From Phoronis australis (taxonomy: Eukaryota > Animalia > Phoronida): 64,000 nt of DNA. Where the stretch lies: the NCBI GenBank assembly GCA_002633005.1, contig NMRA01000002.1:2996228-3060227 (forward strand). Direction: 5' to 3'. The notes beneath the pieces were generated by a model. The model did not search any database. It was not told the DNA's origin and was given only the letters and a program-made list of their open reading frames with translations. The translations under genes and the position numbers were made by a program. The stretch's first letter is position 1, and the number at the start of each line of letters is the position of its first letter. Shown in pieces: positions 24,373 to 38,479 of this stretch.

Positions 24373-26529
24373 GAGATGTGATTTCTTGACACCATTCTCA
24401 GCGCGTGAAATGACGTCATGATAAGCAACTGTAGAGCTTGGTATCAAGGAAAATCGAACTGTTAGTTATTTCAAACACGGAAATCGCCTCAGATTTAAGG
24501 GACAATTTGAGACCAATTTCATAACGGTAAGGGGACAAAATCAAAAATAAGCTTTTGTTATTTAAGGGGCTTTGTAGCAAATATAGTACGTCCTTGATTT
24601 TTCATTTTTTATTTCGTATTTTGTTTTTTGTCTACCACAAAAGAGCAAAAATGTGGATGTCACCGAATTAGGTTTCCGTTACAGCCGCGTAAACAAAGGC
24701 ACCTATGGCAAAGTCTGAGTTCCTGAAAAGAAGCCACCTAAGTAACGTAATGACTGAAATCCTTTTGATAACTGATTAATTTCGTTTTAAGATATCAGTT
24801 TGACGTTTAAACGACTTTAATTTTATGTCCAGGCTCATACATTTTCTTACGTCGGCGTACGTAAACGTCTTTCATCTACATTTTTTGTACCCATATTTCA
24901 ACATTTAACGTAAAGATACTCTTTCCACTTCATTTTAGTTAAAAGGATTCCAAACTCGGCTATGGTTTATTAACTGGTACTAAAAACGACTTTCCCGTCT
25001 AATTCACTGAAACCAAATAATGCTCTGTTACCCTCGACAACCTTCAAAATTTTGGAGGAAAATTTGAAATCTCAAAGCCTAGTAAACGGGCAAGCGTGAC
25101 CAACGCGTTTAGCGAGTTACGCGACAACTGTGGGGGAGACTACCTAGCAAGAACTAAATCTGTTCCAAAGGGAGTATGAGTTTTTAGTTGATTCCTACTT
25201 TACCTTTGACATTGACACCAATCATGCATCAGCAGGTGACACAACGAGGATTGGTTGAAATCATCAAAACAGGGTTCAGTATCCTTTTAACGGATTTTAA
25301 CGCCAGTTAGTTCAGTCAAAACCTAAACCCAAATAATGATCATTCAACACAGCTATATTAATTTTAAACTTCACTGAATTTAATATGGATTTTTATTTGA
25401 ATTTTATTTTTGATGGAGCACCGGCACTACCTAAAATGGCCGTCGTAATGAGTGACAGCTGACTCATGTATTATGGGTACTAACTCAACTACCAATGAGG
25501 TCTTAGCAGAAACCCCGCCTACATAGTAAAATAAGGCCAACACTAACAGGACAGCTAGTTACAAAATGGTTATTTTAAGCGACATCTTCCTATTGACGAA
25601 ACCCATCATGTGTTCTGAATTGGTGAATGTAAAAGAGTGTCTTTGATAATTAGCATGTTATTAATTCAAACTTTCCCCCACGCAGTGAATATGTGAAACC
25701 TTACACCACGAAGCATGTTTGCCTGACTGTAGCAAGTGTTACAGAAAGATCTGTAGTGTGTTACAACTCGCGCAGTGTGTGGGTCACTGTAACACACCGT
25801 GGTGCATGTTGAAACACCAGGGGGCTAATTGTAACATCGCAACCACACAAGGAACGCTCGGTTTCTACTCAAATGATGCGAACTATTATGACAAACGGTC
25901 GCCACACTCAAAACGTGAACAAAATTAAAACGCCTACGTTGTGATTCTGAAGGCTAGCGCGTCAATAATTATGCGGGCAACGAACTCTGACACCTTAGGT
26001 TCCATTTTCTTTTGACGCAGCTAAAACATTCTAAACAGCCATACCTCCGTACCCCAGGATCTTTGTTATTAGGGGAACTTGTAAGATGTTACAACGTGGG
26101 AATGCTCTTTCTTGTCATACAACATGTTACAACTCTCCAGCTAATCTGTTACTTGTTAAATACTGCTTAAAACAAGTTTCGCCCATCCTGGAATGTACTG
26201 ACCGTGAAGGGAAAAGGATGCATTTTCATTATCAAGTCAAATGCTTTCACAGTTAAAGCATCACACCTACAATAAGATGCATTTTTTACTTGAGTGGTAA
26301 AAGTAAAGTTTTTGGCCATCAAACGCAATAATTTCACTGACCACTTCCATGCTCTTTTGGGAAGACAGGGATGAATGTCAGACTGTGCATGATGGAGTAA
26401 TTGTCTGGCAAGACGGTACTATTTAGAAGATATAGCCATCGGAACTGAGATATGATAGTTGCGAAGGTAGCCAAATTTGGACATTTTTTTCTGGCATCCC
26501 ACATAACCTCAAAAGAGACATAGAGCGTG

Positions 26530-27258
26530 AAAGCTCGTCATAAACATCTTTTAAACAATTGCTGTTATTCACTTTCTCTTGCAAGAGGGTTTCGAGAAAA
26601 AAATCACAAAATTCACGATTTTTTAATTCGCGCTAAGGAAAAATTCTGTAGTCACCAGAGAGTTTCTAATCTCCCTCTCACTTATGATGAACGTGCGCAT
26701 GCGCTCACAGTCATTCGACAAACAGCTGACTGACAAGATGGATATTAATGCCAGATCATCATGTGTGATTGCTCTCCGAATCTAAAGTCGACAGCAAGGT
26801 ATGAGACAAGCCAGGGATGCAAGCTATTACCCAAAAAGAATTTTAAGTGCATTTTAGAGTATACTTGAATACAACGATACTTTATAACAAACTTTAAACA
26901 GTTAAGACTTGCATCAACTGCTTCTTAATCGGACTAAGTCGCCATTGTTTTGTTTACATCAAAGGTCAAAGGTCACATTTTCCATAAATGGAAAAATGCT
27001 TCGTCATGTCTTGCCATAACAAACAAGGAGACGTGCTTTGCCCTTGTGGGAGAAAAACCGACGAAGTGACGATCATTTGACAGATCATTTTTTGAAATTC
27101 GAAACTAAAAGAAAACGCTTTGACATCAACAGAAATTCAACTTTTTTACGAACAAACCGTAAAAATACCTGCTGAACAGGTTAAATTTTGTTTTATTGGC
27201 AAAGAACCATTCTTAATAATGCAATTTGGTCTGTTTTTCGCGTTCCAGTCCCCTTTAA
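26530..27258. mobile_element. Dispersed repeat, inverted homologue of ~54960-55330; ends CCCCT-TTAA (Kolobok-type MITE)
   Basis: gtcttgccataacaaacaaggagacgtgctttgcccttgtgggagaaaaaccgacgaagtg is nearly the reverse complement of ~55035-55095. The 26640-26730 segment matches ~55135-55210. Confidence 0.7.
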
Positions 27259-27911
27259 CAATCTCAGACACGCTCGTAATTTACGCTCGTGCGACCAGCG
27301 CGCGGGGTAACGATTGGGCCGGAGCACTACACATTCCGCTGCTGCGTATTCGTATACAAATGGTATTCAGGGAACATACAAGATATATTTTAAGTGGTAT
27401 TTTCTTAGAAGTTATTTTGGCGATAACTTGCGTTTATTGAGAAATATCAGGTAAAACGTCCCCCTACAGAACTCTGACTATTCTACTGTTCCACATATAG
27501 TCTTGGTCATACTTATCGTAGCCGATGTGTTCGTCATATCTTATGCAACCAAAGTTATTACGTTGGTCACGTGGGTATACAAATTACCAATTACTAATTA
27601 CAGTTTGCTAAAATGCCTGGATTTGTTGCGGAAAACGTATTTGTCAAGTGCTGAGCCAGTTCTAGTTCTCGTAGTGTCCATTCGTCTAATACGTTTTGTC
27701 ATTGAGATTTTAATCTTAAAAGTTGTTTTTGATAATGCAGACCAAAAATAACGTTTTTTGATACTTCTGCTCGCCGACAATTTAACACACTCTTTCTGCT
27801 CCCCATTCTTTACAATATGCACTGAAGAAATGAATTTTCACACAAAACAGCGCTTTCCTTACAGAGTCATGCCATTTCAACATAATGATATGTTTTCAAA
27901 CTAAACAAAAT

Positions 27912-28257
27912 TTATAGGGACATTGTCGTTTTTATGACTAAAAACGCATTTTGGGATTACAGCTAGACGGTATAGACTTTTTGAAGTTATCAGTTTTGTC
28001 CAAAGCTATGAAAAAGCAAAATCCGCTGTGTCTTTGTGGTTTAATCACAAATAGCCAATTCTCGCCGATTTGCGCCAGAAATTCGCCGACATCAAGGCTA
28101 GTGGTTTTACCTGACGAATACGTTAAAAATAATGCGACACGTGACAAGTGGGGTTTAGATCAGCCAGCAGAGCGGTTGGCTGCGAGGCGAGGGTTTCAGG
28201 TTCCATTCAAGGGGCTGATAACTAACAAATATTTTCTCACCCATAATGCCACTTTGA
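27912..28257 (+). mobile_element. ~345-bp Kolobok-type MITE with internal tRNA-like module (family copy B)
   Basis: Collinear by eye with 46921-47270 over the full length; termini are degenerate. Confidence 0.7.
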
Positions 28258-28418
28258 TATGCAAATTTTAGTAATACTGTTCAGGCTGGTTTTCACGGAT
28301 TAAATCTTCAGCAATTTGATTATTATCGCAAACCCCAAGAAACACTCGTAAATGCGTATTTTTCGTGCTCATTTTTAATGTCTGTCTTTTCATGATTAGT
28401 AAGCAAGGGCTAGACCGT

Positions 28419-28497
28419 TTAAAAGAGACATTGCCAGTATTAAGGCCGACAAAACAACAAAATCCGTTGTATTGTTGCTGCTTTATTGCAAATCACC
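28419..28497 (+). mobile_element. Internally deleted left end of the same TTAA MITE family
   Basis: ttaaaagagacattg...aaggccga joined to aaaacaacaaaatccgttgt...tttattgcaaatc. Confidence 0.5.
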
Positions 28498-28639
28498 AAA
28501 CAAAAGATTTCACATTTTTACAGTGATTAGAAAAAACAAACAAGTTGTATGAACTTCTTAAGGTCCGAACCATGAGAACAGACAACCGAATATAAAAACT
28601 GCAACCGAAGTAAACCAAAGTGAAGAACATTGAGAACAG

Positions 28640-28769
28640 GCTGCGTTCCGTAGACGCAAGAAACTCGCGACTACTCGCAAGCGTTCGCGTGATGTCGCTA
28701 CGCATTACAAACGAAACACGTTATCAGACTAGCTTTTCTTGCGAGTGTCTTGCGTCTACGGAAAGCAGC
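28640..28769. mobile_element. 130-bp Harbinger-type (Tourist-like) MITE
   Basis: TIRs GCTGCGTTCCGTAGACGCAAGAAACTCGC / GCGAGTGTCTTGCGTCTACGGAAAGCAGC. TSD CAG at 28637-28639 and 28770-28772. Confidence 0.85.
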
Positions 28770-29836
28770 CAGGATATCCCTCACTGGAGATTTTTTAAGC
28801 CAAAGCTAAGGTTCAATGCATGTACATGATCCAAAACGGAAACTAAATTAAATCATTGAAACCTTAAACAGAGTAGTTCCGTAATCGAATTTCACATATT
28901 GGTTATAAATGTGACAGTGTAGGGTCTAACTATTCCGAATACCACAAGCAATTGTTTCAGTCAATGAATCCAACGTTTCTCGTTATCGCATTAATTATTA
29001 ATTTATCACTCGCGTAGTATCATTTACGCTGATTGAAAACACTTGTTTTATTTCGCTAGATTTGCTGATGACATTTAGATGTCATCAAAGATATCGTATT
29101 CTTCTAAATAACTAGATTAGGTAATGCGCATGGATAAAGTAAAATTGAGAAATGAGATTAATTCGCAATGTTCAAAGAAGTACGCCAGACACCCAGTGTG
29201 TATTGCCTCAGGCCAATTATTACACGTCGGATGATAAGAATATCTTTCGATTGTTTGAAAGTAAGCAATTTGCGAAAAAGGAAACAGTGTGCAAATATAT
29301 ATGCAATAAAAGTGTAACGAGCTACATCATTTGATTAACTGACTTGGCGACTGAACTCAATGGAAGTCACCACTTAATAATTTAACAGTCTTACAGGTAA
29401 CTGTTGCCATTTGTTAAATTCTGGTGAGTACGTCGCCGAATTTACATTGCAAGACGATCGTAAAATAAGCCGACTAAAATCGAATGCGAGTGTTAAATGA
29501 TCTTGCATTTACACGAGAGTTGAAAACTAGCGACGTCATCAATAATCACTGTAACCGAACCTGAAAAATATCTTCTCACAATGACGTCAGGAAATTAAAA
29601 AGACAACCAACCCTAATCTCAAATTCTCAAAACCCTAAACGCAGAGGAGGAAAACGTCCCAATTTTTTGTGATCTCTTGGAAAATTTTCGAATACACGCC
29701 TGTAGGTGGCGCCTCGGGTTATATGCCTATGCACTTCAGTGATAATATTTTTTGAAAAAAAATGCAGTAGACCCACAGGCGAGGCGCGTGAGCGTAGAAC
29801 TGCATGTTCTTTAAAGAGCGTTTGTCAAAAGTACTA

Positions 29837-29978
29837 CATCATATTCGTCATCATTGTCATCACCATCATCGTCATCATCGTCATCGTCTTCGTCATAATC
29901 ATCATTTTCATCATCATCATCATCATAATCATCATCATCGTCGTCATCATCCTCATCATCCTCACAGTCATATCGTCA
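29837..29978. repeat. Imperfect (CAT)n microsatellite
   Basis: About 45 degenerate CAT/CGT units; explains the poly-His, poly-Ile and poly-Met ORFs. Confidence 0.95.
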
Positions 29979-32900
29979 TGATTTATTTCTAAATTTGACA
30001 GAGCCAGTATAACAAAGAAAGTTTCATGCTTCTTGAGCAGGTGCACAACAGTCTTGCATTTTGGATGTTCGATCTTCTCGAACTTCAAACTGACATATAG
30101 GGTCTAGACAATGCCACATAAAATGCACAAAAACAATGCTCTTTGTTTTGAAATCCACATAGGTACAGCTGTACGTTTTTGTAAAAAAAAATAGTTGAAC
30201 AGAAAAAAATGACGACGTTATCTTACTTATATGGCCATGAGCGCTCACACTGTGTATACAGGATCAGTTAACAAGTAATCATGTTGGCATAATCAAATTA
30301 AACAAATATTACGTAACGGAATGTCAACATTTAATTCTGTTTACATTAATAAAGAGCCACTTCATTTGACGACGAGCCGTAGCATCTGTCGTTTTGGGAA
30401 AAACGAGAACCTGGCGCTGTCGCGAATTTTGTCTTGACTCTGCTCCATGTCAGACTACAGTCTACAAAAGGACCGGGATGAGTGCTTAACGGACAAGCTG
30501 TGTTTTTCTGTTTGTTTCGCATACTGTAAGACTATCTGATGTAGCTTACAAGGCAATCTAATGTATCGGCTGCAGAGCTCAGAGCATCAGGTGAGTACAG
30601 TGGTTTGGAAACTTATCAGGGTGATCTGGAGTATGCCGGCATAGTGCTTTACTAAACACAGTTAAAAATGATAAAACAAAAATACGAGTGACACGTTCCC
30701 TAGATTTTACCAGCGTTTGTCTGTGAGTAGAGTATACCGGAAGAAGAACAAAACTAGATTGATGATAAATAAAATAAAAATTAATACCAAACGATGAAAT
30801 AATTAAACTAGTTTTTACTGAATTAATTAATTGTTATGTGTGCACTGGATACAATTTGGCAACTACCCTTTAACTGTAAAAGATTACCCCCAGATCGAAC
30901 AGACATTTTATCCAGTTGTCCAAGGCAGGGGCAGGGGTTCTTCTCCCCGAAAAAGAACACAAGCAATCTAAGACCCGAATTTTGATTTGATTCACCGGTT
31001 TTTATAACGTGCATGCGCGTATATATTCCCATGCGTCTATTCCCAAAATAACGAGTTTCTTTCAAAGAATATTTTTCAACTATTTCGCTTAAAAGCGCAT
31101 GTGATTAAATTTTTTATAGGCGCATGTGGACGTCTTTTGTGTAAGCGCATGTATTGCTCTGGATAAAGGTACACGCTTTTCCTCGACAAAACCACGTTAT
31201 CGTGCCCGTGCTAAACATTTTTTGATATCCGACTTGCTTTGACAGTGCCTTCCCGTATTATACGCGCTGTTAGGTTCACGTTTGAAGTTTTATTTAACTA
31301 TATGTTGGAGAGCTTGTAGGAATAACAGCTAGCAGTCTTGTTCGGTGACTAAGTGTGTCACGAAAGAACGCAAATTTGGCTTTTTGTTCTCACGTTTGCC
31401 ATGGGTGAATAACCCTAGTACATGAACTAGACCTAATAACCTGCAATGTCTAAAGGTTTTAGAGGAAAAATGATTAACATGACTTGAATCAGTTATAAAA
31501 TCTTCCCACTAAAACCAACGAAGACAACAACAGTTTCCAACTCAAAAACAAATGTAACAACTTTTGATTAAGTTAGGATATAAACAAATTACTGTGGAAG
31601 TACGCTCATGTACATGTCTTACATGCGCATGCGTACTATGCGAGCTCATATCATTGCAAGTTTTAAGAGTCAAATTGTTAAGCATAACGCTTTTTTAAAA
31701 ACTGGGCAGTTTCTAGATCCAGAATATCACTTTAAAACATGGTTTTACTTAAATGGTTAACGCATAGGCGTATACGGCTGTTCTGGATATGGGGAACTTT
31801 CGTTTGAATCGCTGACGTCATACATGTGGCACCCCTTTAAGATCCTACATTTTTTTTCAAGAGGTCCGAAGAAATCACCAGTGAAGTGAATAAAAGGGGC
31901 ATTATGCAAAACCCTATACTGTGTTCTGTTGGAAAACAGTTCATTACCAAATCCCAACAGCTGTAGTGAGAGACTTTTCCGCCCTGCTTTCACAATGAAC
32001 TTGAAAATCATGAAATAAACTGTTTAACTCTGACAGACTGGTCTCAGAAGTTAAAGAGATCACCAGCGACATGAAGCATCCAAATACTAGAAACGTTGGC
32101 CTACCAAGTCAAAATTGATAATATTTTGAACATTCTTCTTCACTAGTCAATGCCTTGGTACCCGATCCATAAATGCAATGTACCGTCGTGAAACTCTAGA
32201 TCACGCAATTATGCGTCAGACATTGCCAAGCGTTACAAGCAAAGCACGTGATCACACAAACTTTACTCACGAGATTCTTGCGTCAACGGATCTCACACAT
32301 TACTGACATGATTTGAGATGGAAATCACTTTTAGTCTTCTCGTGGAAAGGTTTGCCACACATAAATTTTACTAGGTGGGTGCCTAATCTGGCTTCTGATT
32401 TGCGTTTCAGGTGGTGATTGTAACCCCTTAACATTTACGTTACGCAATTCCACCATGACATCTGCGAAGCGTTCGGTAGACCCAGGCACTGCGAGTAAAT
32501 CTAGTGTGATTACGTGTTTGGCTTTTTAAAGCATAAATTGCACGGCAGTAGCTCGCGAAGTCTTGTGTGATTTCGTTTTTCTAGCAAAAAATGTCCTCTA
32601 TGACACGCAGCCCTAGTCTTTTGCTATGCATTGCATTGTGTAGAGTGGTTGTCACTTGAGGAGACAGGACGAGTTCGCCCCCAGGACGAGTTCGCCCACC
32701 CCCCTGTCTGGGATACTACGTACACCTAACTATCCGCTGCGAGGTCACAGGAATGTTACAAACAGTGATTTTGAAGGAGGATTTCTTAAATGTACTTTTG
32801 ATTTTCATACCGGTAGAAAGGGTATTCGGTTTACCTTCTCAAGTATTTTTGTTAGTTCCACGTTCCATTCATTTTTGCATTAAGTTTAAGTTCAGTACGT

Positions 32901-33427
32901 TATAATTGTTATAATAACATATTATATAACATAAAGAGTAGTACCTAAACATCATCACCTATCCGTTGGGTTTGATCAATATGCTTTTATCAGTTGAGGT
33001 CTCTGAGTGAGAAGAATTTAACGCTATGAGAAATACCGCAATGGACTCGAAAAATATCAATGAAAACACATCTGAATAAAGCAGAAAAATACATTTGATC
33101 TTAAAACTGAAGTTGAAATTGATTTTTGCTATGTTAATGAAAATATTTCAAAATTGGTCATTTTGTATTTCACAAAAGTTACTGACTGATTGTGGTAAGG
33201 ACATTAAACCAAGTCCACGCACGCTTTAGAAATTCAACATGGATGTTCAAAATGTATCTACCTTTCTGAAAGTTTTCCTAATTGGAATAGATTTTAGCGA
33301 CTAAAATAAATGTAACAATGTTCAGAATGCATTGAAATATGATTTATGATGGTAATGACGACATTGAGGGAACATATTTTATTACCGTAAAATCAAACGT
33401 GTGTAGAATTTAAAAGAGTGAAATAAA

Positions 33428-33625
33428 CATACATACATACATAAACGCGTACATACATACATACATCCATACATACATACATACATACATACATACATAC
33501 ACGCATACATACATACATACATACAAACATACATACACGCATACATACATACACACATGCACACATACATACATACATACATACATACACGCATACATAC
33601 ATGCAAACATACATACATACATACA
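33428..33625. repeat. Imperfect (CATA)n microsatellite
   Basis: About 200 bp of CATA units; explains the MYVC-repeat ORFs. Confidence 0.95.
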
Positions 33626-36600
33626 CTTAGCAGTAACATCATCAAGTCAATTGAGTAAGGACCATTGATTTAGCAACAGAAAGTTAGACCCAAAATCAAA
33701 TCACAAACATCATCAACAAATTAAGTTCAAATTTCGAAAATATTTGCTGTGGCGTGCACTGTTTGTAATGGAAATCAGCAGGATTGGAAACCTGCTGATT
33801 TCCCTCGAGTACAAGTTTCGTTTTTTCATCATTCAATATGTTAATGAATCCTTGAGCACTTTCTCAATTACTGTGTTGTGATTGCCTTTAGACGCAGCAT
33901 GCATCAGCACCTCTTGTTAAATAATGTTATTTGTGCAGGGCATCAAAATCTTAAAATACGGGCACTTTCAGAATATTAAATGCTTGAGGATATGGATAAC
34001 GAACTGTAATTTTTTTGCAAACCCGCAAATCACTTCTCATCCAAGTTGAAACTAGTTTTATAGCGGTAATTGGTTTAAGCCACAAGTTTACTTCTTGGAC
34101 GGAACGCCGTTTAACTTTCCGAAATAGATAACATTGGAAATTCCTTGTACTTGAGCTTAGTTTCGTAAAAAAAAACGGTGACCCGATGGAGATGCTTGTT
34201 TCAATTTTACCCTTTCTAAGGATCGAGCTGGCCATTTGAATTAAATTGCTTTAAGCAGAAATTATGTCTTCAAGCTTGTTCGAACAATTGTAAAATGCAT
34301 TTCATATTTAAGATTTAAAACTGACAACTTCCTAGAAATCTGGCATCACTAGCTTCCACTGCATGACAACTTTTATGAAAAGGGGAAAACTTGCCCCCGT
34401 CTCCCTTACGTCAACGGAAAAATTAAATATTAAAGTCGCCGTGAATCGTATTCCGAAGTTAAAACACCAACTTTTTCATAAGTTTACTTGGTCTTCCAAA
34501 ACAACGTCATCGCAATCTTTTCCAATTTTTTAATTGAAATTGGTTACAAAAATCGGGCAGTGGTATTGCCTTATTAGCGACTGTAAACAAAGTCTACGTC
34601 AGAAGCAACTTAAACGAACACAACCAGATCTATGACCAAATACACATTTCAGGGTACAACTGACTTCTTTGACCAGAGATAGAAAACAAAAAGTTTGTTG
34701 TTTTTTGATTTTATTATCAATCGCCGATTCTTAATAAAGGCTTCCAGGCAAAATTAGCTGAAATCTAGGGGGCAGCCTCATCAGCTATTTCGTTGCTACG
34801 CGCCGTGAAGTGAGATCGCCGCCGCGGCCGGTGTGTCTGGTGCTGATCAAAAGCCGGCGTGGAAAAAGAGCCAACCGCACGAGGGTATCCTATAAAAAGA
34901 CAAGAAGAGCCGAAACTTATTGGAAGAGTAACCTGTGTAGAATAAGAATTTGGGAATGAAAACGAGTGCTGGACTCACCATGCAAGCTGAAATGAACATT
35001 TCCAGAAACGTCAAACTTGACATTCATGCCTAATTTTGATTGACTTGAAAGCGTAAACCAAAAGCTCTTGACGTCTCCAGTGTATGACCATCTGAAACGT
35101 TTTCGACTAGTCGGCAGCATAGTTATGAAAATTTGCTTTCCTAAATGACCAAATTCCCTTTGAAAACCCTATAACCTGAGTATTTCAATCTATGTATTGT
35201 TGGGGTGGGTGGGTAACTATTAACAGAGTACTGAGTTGTTAAACACCATGCCTGAATTCTAAAATTACATGCGTGCAAATTGGTACCTGAAGGTCACGTG
35301 GTTCACCAGCAAGTGAAGTCAAGGACCACTGGCGTAGCTGATTTTATGTGAAACCAAAAGCAAAATTTGAACACATCCACGTAATAAAAGGAATGTATTC
35401 AAATGAAAAAGCTCCGAACTACTATAGAAGTGTTGTCTGGGAAAAATGCGTAATTCTGTTCAACTGGGACATTTTATTTAGGGTTTATTGTCTCCGACAG
35501 GTGTCACTTTAACGAGTGTGGTATGAAGTAATAAACGACCTTTCAGTTGTTTTCTAGTCTAGACGTCGATTCCAGACGGAGAAAGGAAAAAGATGAGACT
35601 GGTTTTACAACAACTAGTGGTCTTAATCAAAAGATATCTGTTTGGTTTATTACCCTTTCACCTACTTGCTAGACTAGAAGCATTTTTACTAAATATATAT
35701 TCAAGAGACGCGTAATAATTGCAATTGTTTTGCAATTTTAATTAACAGCAGAGTATTCATTGTCCGTGGGGCGTTTAAAAGAAAACAGCTAATCGATGCA
35801 GACGACGTTTATTGATGGCGTTGCTAGTTTAACTCGAAATAGCTATGATATTGAGAGAAAGCTTTTTAAAAAGGCCAAAATTAAGACTACTTGAATATTT
35901 GCGTTACGTAGTAACCTTGCGCAAATCTGATTACAAAACGCGGCATGGCCACCAAAATGGGTTAAATCGCGTGGATCATTTTTAAATTAAAATTTTGGTT
36001 GTCTGTAAAGTATCAGAGTCGTGTAGTTTTCGTCGTTTTCCAGATAAACATCGATTCGTTTTCCCTTGGGATTTGTCATCAAAAGAAGACGTGTCAATAA
36101 AACTGAAGTCCGCGTGGTTGTATTACCACGTGACAATTTTTTGTTAATGCTCCTGATTCATTAATTAGCGACTTCAATTGGTACGTACCAGGCTCAAAAC
36201 GACAGTGCGAATTCTTTAAATTACGAAAGTACCTAACACGCATGCAGTTTTTCCCCAGTGACTTGCTCAAGCCCGAGAGCAAACATTTAAGTAATTACTT
36301 GCGCCAACGAGTTGAGGGGGTTACATAATGGGCCGTTTAGGCCTCGTTAATGTCTTGCTAACATATTGCAGTGAGGAAATTGACATAAATCTAGTGATGC
36401 AATAAGAAATGATTTCAGTGAAGAATCCTGCGACTGAGTGGGACTGGCCTGTTAATGATGAAATGAGAGGACAGTGTCAGAGACTGCTTTCACTGTTGGG
36501 CAGTTCCTTTTTGAACCAATCATAAAACACCGGTGTGTTGATAAATGTCCAGGATGCACTACGAAGTCATATTCATTACATGTGTGTATTTTGGTTTACT

Positions 36601-37758
36601 ATCGCTGATGTGACTGATTTTGATTTTAATGAATGATTTGGGCCTCTACTGACATAAAAACAACATATAACAGCGTGTAAAACATGTCAGAACATCAGGC
36701 TCAAAAAGTCAAAACTTTAGAAGTGGAGCACTGCAAGCAACCACAACGCCAGAGACACTCTACGCACATATATAAACGAACTAACGTGTTATCAGGAAGA
36801 GATATCTCTTCCTGGTGTTATTCAATACATACAGACATAGATTGCTGCGCTAATGTGTAAAACCATGGAATACTAAGCCTGTCTGTAGTTTACGCGCACG
36901 AGTTTTTTAAGTAAACGTGTTAATTAGGACTGAATTCGCGTTCGAGTTGTACTAGACGTGTGTAACGTGCCGCTTGCCTAGCCTATAGAATCAGTGGCAG
37001 TTTGCTATGCTCCGGTTCCAAACTTTTGACTTTATCAAGCTGGGCCGGGATCTAATGTTATGCTGTTATTCTTTGTTCTTTATATATCACAGATGCAATG
37101 GCCCAAATCAGTCACTGAACTCAAAATTCAATATCCCGATCAAAACCAACGTTAATGAGTTCATCCCTGTTAGCTGGCTATATTCTGGGCGTCAAATTTT
37201 CATGATTGGCTGATAAAAGTGAATTCATGTCAAACAGATTGAAAGCAGTCTCAGTCCTCTGTGGTGTTTCATGTCTAAAACTCGTCTCCGAACATCAGCG
37301 ACAGTGTTCTTCCTTGGTCTCATTACTAATGTTAACGCATACCCCACCGTAATATGTCAGCAAGCTAGCAACTGTAGCTAGCAGAGTCCACTGCGTCTGC
37401 CAAAATCTGAATCAGTTCACGCCACATAAAAGAAAGAGCCAAGTGAATGGCGGTACAGGTCTTAGTAATCAACCCGTCCTCAGAATTAAAGGCGAAGGCA
37501 ACCTTTTTTCATGTCATTTTGAGCTAAAATAAGGTTGGTTGGTTGGTTATCCTAGACATATTTTCCACTTGATTACAGCTTTTCGTAATTTTATTAATTA
37601 CTCGTCCGCTACTCCGGAAGTGACGTTTTAGGAGGCAAGCATTTCGCGCCAATTTCTTTTCATATAGTCTGACTGTGAGAGCTGCCGAGTCAGTCATTGT
37701 TCTACCTCGGTTGTGTTGAGTTCCGTCGTCGTTTGCTTTCATTTACTAGTCAGTCAAC

Positions 37759-38192
37759 ATGCCATACTGTTGCTGCGTACCAGGATGTACTAATTATCGG
37801 CTCACGCGCGCTTTGGGAGTACCTTTGCATCGCTTTCCGATGGATGACAAACTTCGCCGTTCTTGGCTCGTTCGTGTGAAGAACGCAGCGTTACCCGTCC
37901 ACGCAACGTACAAAGCAGTGGAGAATTACCGTGTGTGTGACAAGCACTTTCTGCCGTCCGATTACGAAAGGGATTTGTACGCTGAACTGATGAAGGTCCC
38001 TGCGAAACAACGTCTGAAGAAGGATGCCATTCCGTCTGTGTTGATTCCCGGCAGTGCCCCGTCGTTTCCCCCGAGAAGTGCGTTTTTGAAGCGAGAAGCC
38101 TCGCGAGCTGTGGCCAGTACAGTGACTGGAGCCAGTGGAGGCACTTCATCTACTGTCAACCGTGCCTCCGAACGTACCACAGAGCGTGCAAT
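37759..38192 (+). CDS. Intact THAP domain protein (transposase N-terminus), truncated by gap
   Basis: MPYCCCVPGCTN...LHRFP...RRSWL...YRVCDKHF...RLKKDAIPSV retains all C2CH ligands, the P/W/F/P residues and the AVPT-like box. The frame is open up to the Ns. Confidence 0.92.
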
Positions 38193-38479
38193 NNNNNNNN
38201 NNNNNNNNNNNNNNNNNNNNNNNNNNNNNNNNNNNNNNNNNNNNNNNNNNNNNNNNNNNNNNNNNNNNNNNNNNNNNNNNNNNNNNNNNNNNNNNNNNNN
38301 NNNNNNNNNNNNNNNNNNNNNNNNNNNNNNNNNNNNNNNNNNNNNNNNNNNNNNNNNNNNNNNNNNNNNNNNNNNNNNNNNNNNNNNNNNNNNNNNNNNN
38401 NNNNNNNNNNNNNNNNNNNNNNNNNNNNNNNNNNNNNNNNNNNNNNNNNNNNNNNNNNNNNNNNNNNNNNNNNNNNNNN
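38193..38479. other. Assembly gap (287 N)
   Basis: Run of N. Confidence 1.

Noticed and set aside
29706-30088. His-, Ile- and Met-rich ORFs
   Set aside because: Translations of the (CAT)n microsatellite.
33382-33645. MYVC-repeat ORFs
   Set aside because: Translations of the (CATA)n microsatellite.
34830-34900. TATA-containing promoter (TATAAAAAG at 34891 after a GC-rich patch)
   Set aside because: No downstream gene could be supported.
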